Source: an uncultured virus (IMG/VR IMGVR_UViG_3300032291_003671)
Taxonomy: Duplodnaviria > Heunggongvirae > Uroviricota > Caudoviricetes
Length of the DNA: 64,000 nt
IMG/VR virus record: IMGVR_UViG_3300032291_003671
Direction: 5' to 3' (one strand)
This document shows positions 58,686 through 64,000 of this stretch, in pieces. Each line of letters opens with the position of its first letter. The stretch's first letter is position 1. Under the pieces are notes generated by a model. That model did not search any database. It was not told the origin of the DNA and was given only the letters and a program-made list of their open reading frames with translations. Both the position numbers and the translations under genes were made by a program.

Positions 58686-59537
58686 CTATTCAAACTCTAT
58701 TTTTGTTTGTTTCTTATCGTTGATAAAAACATCTACTCGTTTCCGTGCCACTTCACAATACTTTTCACTTAATTCAATACCAACCCATTGTCTGTCAGCA
58801 ATCTCAGCCGCGCATAAACTAGTTCCACTACCTGCAAATGGGTCTAAAACAATATCATTTCTATATGTAAGGATTTTAATAGCCCTCATTGGAATATCCA
58901 TAGAAAAAGTTGCTTTAGTTTGTTGTCTTGTATCTGCAAAGTATTCCCACTGACCATAAACCAAAGACATGAATTCTTTCTTATCTTCATCTTGATAAAC
59001 GGCTTTAGTTTTTACGGTACCATCTTCTTGTTCCATGTCAACCATTTCAGATTTCCATTGTGGCTCACCCTTAACTTTCTTAATACGGTCTTTCTTATAA
59101 GCTAAGATTACACATTCTTTTGGATTATAAATGTATGGGCTACTTGGTGACATCCACGACCCCCACGCTGTGGTTTTGCTTCGGTGTGGCGAGTTTTCAT
59201 CAAGGTCAACAAGTCCATAAAAGTTAAACCCAACTTCTTTCATTACACCCCAAAACTCAGCCATAAATAATATTCGACCTCCTCTTTCTTGAACATTTAC
59301 TTCATATGGAATATTGACGGCAATTCTACCATCACTCTTTAACACTCTTAACGCTTGAGTCAGCCAATCTTTTGTGAATTGCCAATATGAATCCATAGAC
59401 ATTCTATCATCGTGGGAATCATAGTCAATACCAACATTATATGGTGGTGAAGTAACAACTAAATCAATTGAGTTCTCAGGCATTTTAGACATTTCGTCCA
59501 CACAATTCCCATTAAATATTTTTCCTGTTTCTAACAT
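58686..59537 (-). CDS. DNA amino-methyltransferase (N4-C/N6-A, beta class)
   Basis: TSPPY precedes LDPFAGSGT. Confidence 0.92.
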   Translation of the reverse strand: MLETGKIFNGNCVDEMSKMPENSIDLVVTSPPYNVGIDYDSHDDRMSMDSYWQFTKDWLTQALRVLKSDGRIAVNIPYEVNVQERGGRILFMAEFWGVMKEVGFNFYGLVDLDENSPHRSKTTAWGSWMSPSSPYIYNPKECVILAYKKDRIKKVKGEPQWKSEMVDMEQEDGTVKTKAVYQDEDKKEFMSLVYGQWEYFADTRQQTKATFSMDIPMRAIKILTYRNDIVLDPFAGSGTSLCAAEIADRQWVGIELSEKYCEVARKRVDVFINDKKQTKIEFE

Positions 59538-59938
59538 TATAGTTTGCCCTCTTTTTTTAATTGTTCTCTAATTTTGGTTGCAGATATTTCACTAACTTCT
59601 TGTGGTGGTATATGTTCTATAACATCATAACCAACTCCTCTTCCAAAGTTTACTGATTCAATGTCAGGTATTACCATTACCTTAATTCTACCTTCCATAA
59701 TTAAATCAAGAAGTTGTCCATTAAGATTATTCTCAACTTCTTGGGCTGTAAATGGATTTAAATCATCAGGTTCAATGTCTCTGATACAGATTAAAACATT
59801 CTTACCCTCATCCAACATTTTATCAAGAACCCATCTGTGACCAGCATGAAATGGTTGAAATCTCCCTATAAACATTGAATATTGTTTTCCTCCCGTATTT
59901 TTTAATTTTGGGTCTCCATCTACATGTATTTTTTTCAT
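59537..59938 (-). CDS. HxGH nucleotidylyltransferase (cytidylyltransferase-like)
   Basis: GRFQPFHAGH...ISATKIRE. Confidence 0.85.
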   Translation of the reverse strand: MKKIHVDGDPKLKNTGGKQYSMFIGRFQPFHAGHRWVLDKMLDEGKNVLICIRDIEPDDLNPFTAQEVENNLNGQLLDLIMEGRIKVMVIPDIESVNFGRGVGYDVIEHIPPQEVSEISATKIREQLKKEGKL

Positions 59939-60376
59939 TTAATTTAATATTTTTTGAGCACATTCATTAACCGTTATATTATCAGTACAAATATACAAAT
60001 AATTTTCCTTTGGAGCCTGATAATCCTCGACAAAGAATTGTTCCCTACCTCTAACCTCATTTGTATGAATATGAATTTCTTTTAAATCATCACCCATCTT
60101 TTCTTTGAAGTTATCTCTTTGGTCTTTATAAGGAGATACTAAAGATACTACAACATCTTTTCCTTGAGTATTCAAATATTTTGCAATTTGTTGGGCAACC
60201 TCAATGTTTTTACGTCTACCTTGTTCAGAGTAATCTTTATTATCAAATAAATTTCTGATGTCATCACCATCTATGTTGAACCAATTGGAGTATAGTCCAA
60301 CTCTTCCTATCCTGCATAGTTCTTTTGCAATTGTTGTTTTACCCGAACCAGGTTGTCCTGTTAACCAATAAATCAT
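59939..60376 (-). CDS. cysC: Adenylyl-sulfate (APS) kinase
   Basis: WLTGQPGSGKTT, IDGDDIR, DYSEQGRRKN, SLVSPY, YQAP. Confidence 0.85.
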   Translation of the reverse strand: MIYWLTGQPGSGKTTIAKELCRIGRVGLYSNWFNIDGDDIRNLFDNKDYSEQGRRKNIEVAQQIAKYLNTQGKDVVVSLVSPYKDQRDNFKEKMGDDLKEIHIHTNEVRGREQFFVEDYQAPKENYLYICTDNITVNECAQKILN

Positions 60377-60600
60377 TTTTCTAAGTTTTTAATTTTCCTA
60401 TCCAAATAGAACGCAGCTTTTTTTAAATCTTCAAGCTCTTTATCAGGGTGTTTTTTACCCGCTCTTGCAACATACTTTACTACATTAAACAAATAGGCAT
60501 CTTTGTCTAATCCCCATTCCTCACATACCTTTATAACTTCATATGGGTTTCCTTCACCACCATAGTGTTCAGGTTTAATCCAATCTTTTCCCTCACTCAT
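60373..60600 (-). CDS. DUF3310 (SaV-like) phage protein
   Basis: PEHY...NVVKYVARAGKK...EDLKKAAFYL. Confidence 0.88.
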   Translation of the reverse strand: MSEGKDWIKPEHYGGEGNPYEVIKVCEEWGLDKDAYLFNVVKYVARAGKKHPDKELEDLKKAAFYLDRKIKNLEK

Positions 60601-60602
60601 TT

Positions 60603-60830
60603 TTAATTAGTTTTGTTCTTTCCTCTTCTTACTTTTTTAACTTCTTCACCTTCAACAGCAACTGTAACAACTTTTTCAGTTTTTTTTCTACTAACTTCTT
60701 TCCACTCAGATTTTGGAATAAACTTCCATTCTCCTGTTTTGACTCTTACGTCTGCGTCTTTATCTGCTACTCTTTGAATAGTTCCTAACTTAACCGTTTT
60801 GGTTTCTTTGATTGACTTAATACACTTCAT
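60603..60830 (-). CDS. Basic hypothetical protein
   Basis: 75 aa. Confidence 0.7.
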   Translation of the reverse strand: MKCIKSIKETKTVKLGTIQRVADKDADVRVKTGEWKFIPKSEWKEVSRKKTEKVVTVAVEGEEVKKVRRGKNKTN

Positions 60831-61039
60831 AGTTTTTTTTTCTCCGTGATTTGTTTATCGTTTATTATTGTTAAAATTTCTTTGTCTGACTTTCCATCAA
60901 TATGTAAATCATGAACCATAGAACTTTCAAGGTCCTCGAACATGAGGGCATATCCTTTTCTATAATATAATTCTAACCCATTGGTTGACAATGAGTTTAA
61001 TGTTGACTTAAAATTGATGTATTGTTTATTGAGACCCAC
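60827..61039 (-). CDS. Hypothetical protein
   Basis: 70 aa, GTG start. Confidence 0.6.
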   Translation of the reverse strand: MGLNKQYINFKSTLNSLSTNGLELYYRKGYALMFEDLESSMVHDLHIDGKSDKEILTIINDKQITEKKKL

Positions 61040-61057
61040 AACTCAAATATAGGTGAA

Positions 61058-61840
61058 TTAAGATTCAGAGTCAAAGTCTTTTGTTTTTTCAAAATTAATA
61101 ATTTGAAAAATGTATGACATAATTTTTCTTTTCATGATTGGAACGATTGTTTGTTCCATAGGAAAATTTTGATTACTACATTTCATTTCGAAAACAGGAA
61201 GGTCTTTGTAGTAATTAGTATTATTTAATTTTGAATGTTTTTCAATAATTGATGTTAATGTAACATCTTCAATTGTATCTTCGTATATCTTTGTTAAGTA
61301 AGTTTTGTTATTACTTGGTTCATTTTTTACATTTCGTATTTGATATTCCCACACAAAAAGTTTTTCAGTTTTCTTTTCATAATAAAAAATGTATCCCGAG
61401 CCAGATATTAATGCTCCTTTGTTTTTTTTGATATTAATTTCTATACTATCAAAAGCAATATTCCAAATAGTTTTAAATGTATTAAAAACATCATATAATT
61501 TACCATTAGAATAATTAATAGTTTTTTCTAGTTCATCTTTATCTTCTATAGATAAATTAGGTAATTTTTTTGGATATAAATCCTTAACTAAAATTTCGTC
61601 GTCACAAAATTCAAATTTTTTGTCCGTTAATAATAAAATATTTTCTTTGACTAAAGATTGAATGTTTGCTAAATGTAACGATATCTCAACAAAGTCAGGA
61701 TATAATTCAAAATTGTCATAGTTCTTCTCACACTTCTGAAGGTAATCCAAAAGTGTGTATTTGTTGTATTCAAAATCTAAGGGCTCTTTCAACATCCACT
61801 CAGGATTCAACTTGAAAGATAGTTTCTTTTTTCTTGCCAT
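61058..61840 (-). CDS. Hypothetical protein
   Basis: 260 aa; DFEYNKYTLLDYLQ motif. Confidence 0.8.
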   Translation of the reverse strand: MARKKKLSFKLNPEWMLKEPLDFEYNKYTLLDYLQKCEKNYDNFELYPDFVEISLHLANIQSLVKENILLLTDKKFEFCDDEILVKDLYPKKLPNLSIEDKDELEKTINYSNGKLYDVFNTFKTIWNIAFDSIEINIKKNKGALISGSGYIFYYEKKTEKLFVWEYQIRNVKNEPSNNKTYLTKIYEDTIEDVTLTSIIEKHSKLNNTNYYKDLPVFEMKCSNQNFPMEQTIVPIMKRKIMSYIFQIINFEKTKDFDSES

Positions 61841-61865
61841 AACTAATAATAGTTAGAGGTTATTA

Positions 61866-63620
61866 TTAATCAATTCTCATTACGTAAAATAACTTACCTT
61901 CTACATATTCTTCTTCAGCATCTCCGTCGTAACTATTTAGTGTTGGTCCGTAACCGTCGGAATCAATAATTCCCTCAATAAGTTTTTCCTTATCTATATA
62001 GCTATTTGTTTCAAGTCCAAACATATCCATATAATACTCATAATCATCTTCAGCATTACTCTTTAACTCCGAGTACTTTTCATCGTATAATTTATCAGGC
62101 CAAATCCCTTGTGGGTCATCATTTATTTCTTGAATTTTTTCTTTAAGTTCATCTATCATTTCTTCAAACTCATTTATTTTTGAAGTAATGGTCGGGTCAT
62201 TGTTTACTTGGTTCTGTTCAGATAATTTTTTTATAATATTTTCTATGGAATTGATTCTTTGTTCCATAATTTCAATATTTTCTTGTTGTTGTGCGGATAA
62301 AATTCTCTCGTCATCATTAAAATAACTTTCAGGACTCTCATATAAATCATCATAAAGATAATCAGTAATATCCCTCACAATCATGTCAACATCCAAGTAA
62401 TTATTTACAAAGCCTTTATTGAATCCTTCAACTCCAATATCATCAATCAACTGTTCAAGATATACCTTTGCACTATCCATCATTTCATCGTCAGTTCCAG
62501 CGGTGTATCTATTACCTTCTAAATCAACATCAATAACTTTAAATTTTGTTAGGTCATAATATTCTCCATCAGGAATTATATTATAAACATCAATCTTATT
62601 ATTTAATTCTTTTAATTCATCTTCAAGTTCCCCAATTTTAATAACCAAATCTTCTCTTCCTTCCCCTTCTCTTTCATATTCGGCATTTGTAGATTCAAGT
62701 TCAGCTTTCAATCTGTTTAGTTCAGTAAAGTCTTCTTGAGTTTTTCCCTCTATTTCTCCAGTCTCAATTAAAAACTTAAGTACTGCATGAGCCCTTAAAC
62801 CAACTTCAGGAGTGTTAGGTCCTAAAGCCCATTCGTTGTCTAATCTTCTTTCATCTGCAGCATCTCTTTCTGCTTGCAATTCCCTTTGTATTAATATTCT
62901 TTCTTGTCTACGTTTTTCTTTTTCTGCTTCCTCTTTGTTTTGGAATATCTTAACTTGTTCTTCAAATTCAGTATTGATATAGTCGTCAATTGATTGAAGT
63001 ATTGTATTCAATTTATTTGTATTGAATATCCATCCCCCTTTGATAATTTCATCTATAGAGTCATAGTAAGTTTTGTCCCCATCAAATTTCTTAAGGAGAG
63101 CAACTTTGTATAACTTATTATTAGTTGGAAGTGTTTTGTCTATAATATAGAATAACTTTCCATCAATATTATATTTGTTGAATTGACTATCGGTATCTGA
63201 AGCGGTACACCACTTTGTACCTTTACCGTAATAACATGATGATTTATATGTTAGTGGATTAACAACAAAGAATCGTTCATCTTCATAAACAACATTCCCA
63301 CCTTCAACTTTCCTTACAGTTCTTCTTTGTTTATTACTATATTCACTTATGGCACTTAATAATTGCCCAATATTTTTATATTGATATAAGTCAGTTATCG
63401 GAAGGTTACTATAAATCTTATCAAATATTTTTATTGCCTCATTAACTTTAGCGAAGTTTTCATCAAAATTAATTGAGTCCAATACCTTTCCAGCCCATTC
63501 CAAATATTTTGGTGAGATTTCTTTCGTAATCTTATCCACATTCTCGGCTCCTAATTTTTGTGTATACTTTGTCTTAAAATCAGATAATCGGCTTTCTTGT
63601 AATATATTTGAAAATTCCAT
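61866..63620 (-). CDS. Large acidic coiled-coil protein with GTKWC motif; LQE leader
   Basis: SCYYGKGTKWCTA; TATTTAT at 63635. Confidence 0.8.
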   Translation of the reverse strand: MEFSNILQESRLSDFKTKYTQKLGAENVDKITKEISPKYLEWAGKVLDSINFDENFAKVNEAIKIFDKIYSNLPITDLYQYKNIGQLLSAISEYSNKQRRTVRKVEGGNVVYEDERFFVVNPLTYKSSCYYGKGTKWCTASDTDSQFNKYNIDGKLFYIIDKTLPTNNKLYKVALLKKFDGDKTYYDSIDEIIKGGWIFNTNKLNTILQSIDDYINTEFEEQVKIFQNKEEAEKEKRRQERILIQRELQAERDAADERRLDNEWALGPNTPEVGLRAHAVLKFLIETGEIEGKTQEDFTELNRLKAELESTNAEYEREGEGREDLVIKIGELEDELKELNNKIDVYNIIPDGEYYDLTKFKVIDVDLEGNRYTAGTDDEMMDSAKVYLEQLIDDIGVEGFNKGFVNNYLDVDMIVRDITDYLYDDLYESPESYFNDDERILSAQQQENIEIMEQRINSIENIIKKLSEQNQVNNDPTITSKINEFEEMIDELKEKIQEINDDPQGIWPDKLYDEKYSELKSNAEDDYEYYMDMFGLETNSYIDKEKLIEGIIDSDGYGPTLNSYDGDAEEEYVEGKLFYVMRID

Positions 63621-63717
63621 GTAACTTTTATTTGATAAATATTCTTTTAAGTGTATATTTCATTATAATTACTATTTATTATTAAGAAACAAATAAACTA
63701 ATCTAAATTATCATACT

Positions 63718-63867
63718 ATGGCATGCGGATGTAAAAACAATGCTAATCAAGCTCAACCTTCAGTTCAACAAGTCCAAGCTCAACCACAACAGACAACTGA
63801 AAGTGTTAAGTCAGCTATTAAAAAGACTATTGAGAAGTATTACAATGTAAATAAGACTTCCAACTAA
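63718..63867 (+). CDS. Small protein with N-terminal CGC motif (49 aa)
   Basis: Manually translated: MACGCKNNANQAQPSVQQ...; TATTTAT upstream and hairpin downstream. Confidence 0.7.
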   Translation: MACGCKNNANQAQPSVQQVQAQPQQTTESVKSAIKKTIEKYYNVNKTSN

Positions 63868-63933
63868 ACCTTATTTTATTACAAATTATTAAAAGGAACA
63901 TGAAAATTGTTCCTTTTTTTGTATTTATATGTT

Positions 63934-64000
63934 ATGAATATCCAAGAAATAATTGACGACCTAAATGAGGGTAATCACAATTTTTTAAAATACTTTGATA
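63934..64000 (+). CDS. 5' end of a CDS running off the window
   Basis: MNIQEIIDDLNEG...; TATTTAT immediately upstream. Confidence 0.5.
   Translation, partial: MNIQEIIDDLNEGNHNFLKYFD

Noticed and set aside
1..64000. Stop-codon recoding, as in some Bacteroidota megaphages
   Set aside because: Recognisable genes are full length in code 11, and both TAG and TGA end genes at sensible positions.

Overview
AT-rich, gene-dense segment (standard code 11, mostly minus-strand genes) that reads as the accessory region of a large tailed phage infecting Bacteroidota. This assignment is inference. Many genes sit behind TAnnTTTG (-7) promoter motifs and lack Shine-Dalgarno sites, but no capsid, terminase or polymerase gene lies in the window. 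Content: five candidate peptidoglycan hydrolases, cyclophilin, DHFR, pterin carbinolamine dehydratase, three endonucleases, a glycan/sulfation module (GT2s, glf, NeuD-like acetyltransferase, LpxH-like phosphoesterase, BKACE, two sulfotransferases, APS kinase), a DHH phosphoesterase, a DNA methyltransferase, two non-canonical tRNAs and an ~800-nt structured RNA resembling GOLLD. Main observations: (1) about 30 otherwise unrelated proteins share an N-terminal (I/L)-x-E leader (MKYIITES-, MKKVIKLTESDL-) and often follow a TATTTAT motif, suggesting a capsid-targeting/prohead-protease cargo system. (2) A non-coding locus at ~32.2-34.8 kb has four G6 tracts and is preceded by two families of co-oriented dispersed repeats (candidate origin or packaging site). 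(3) An RNA-only island spans 53.7-55.3 kb. All family calls come from motif recognition by eye; no database searches were run.
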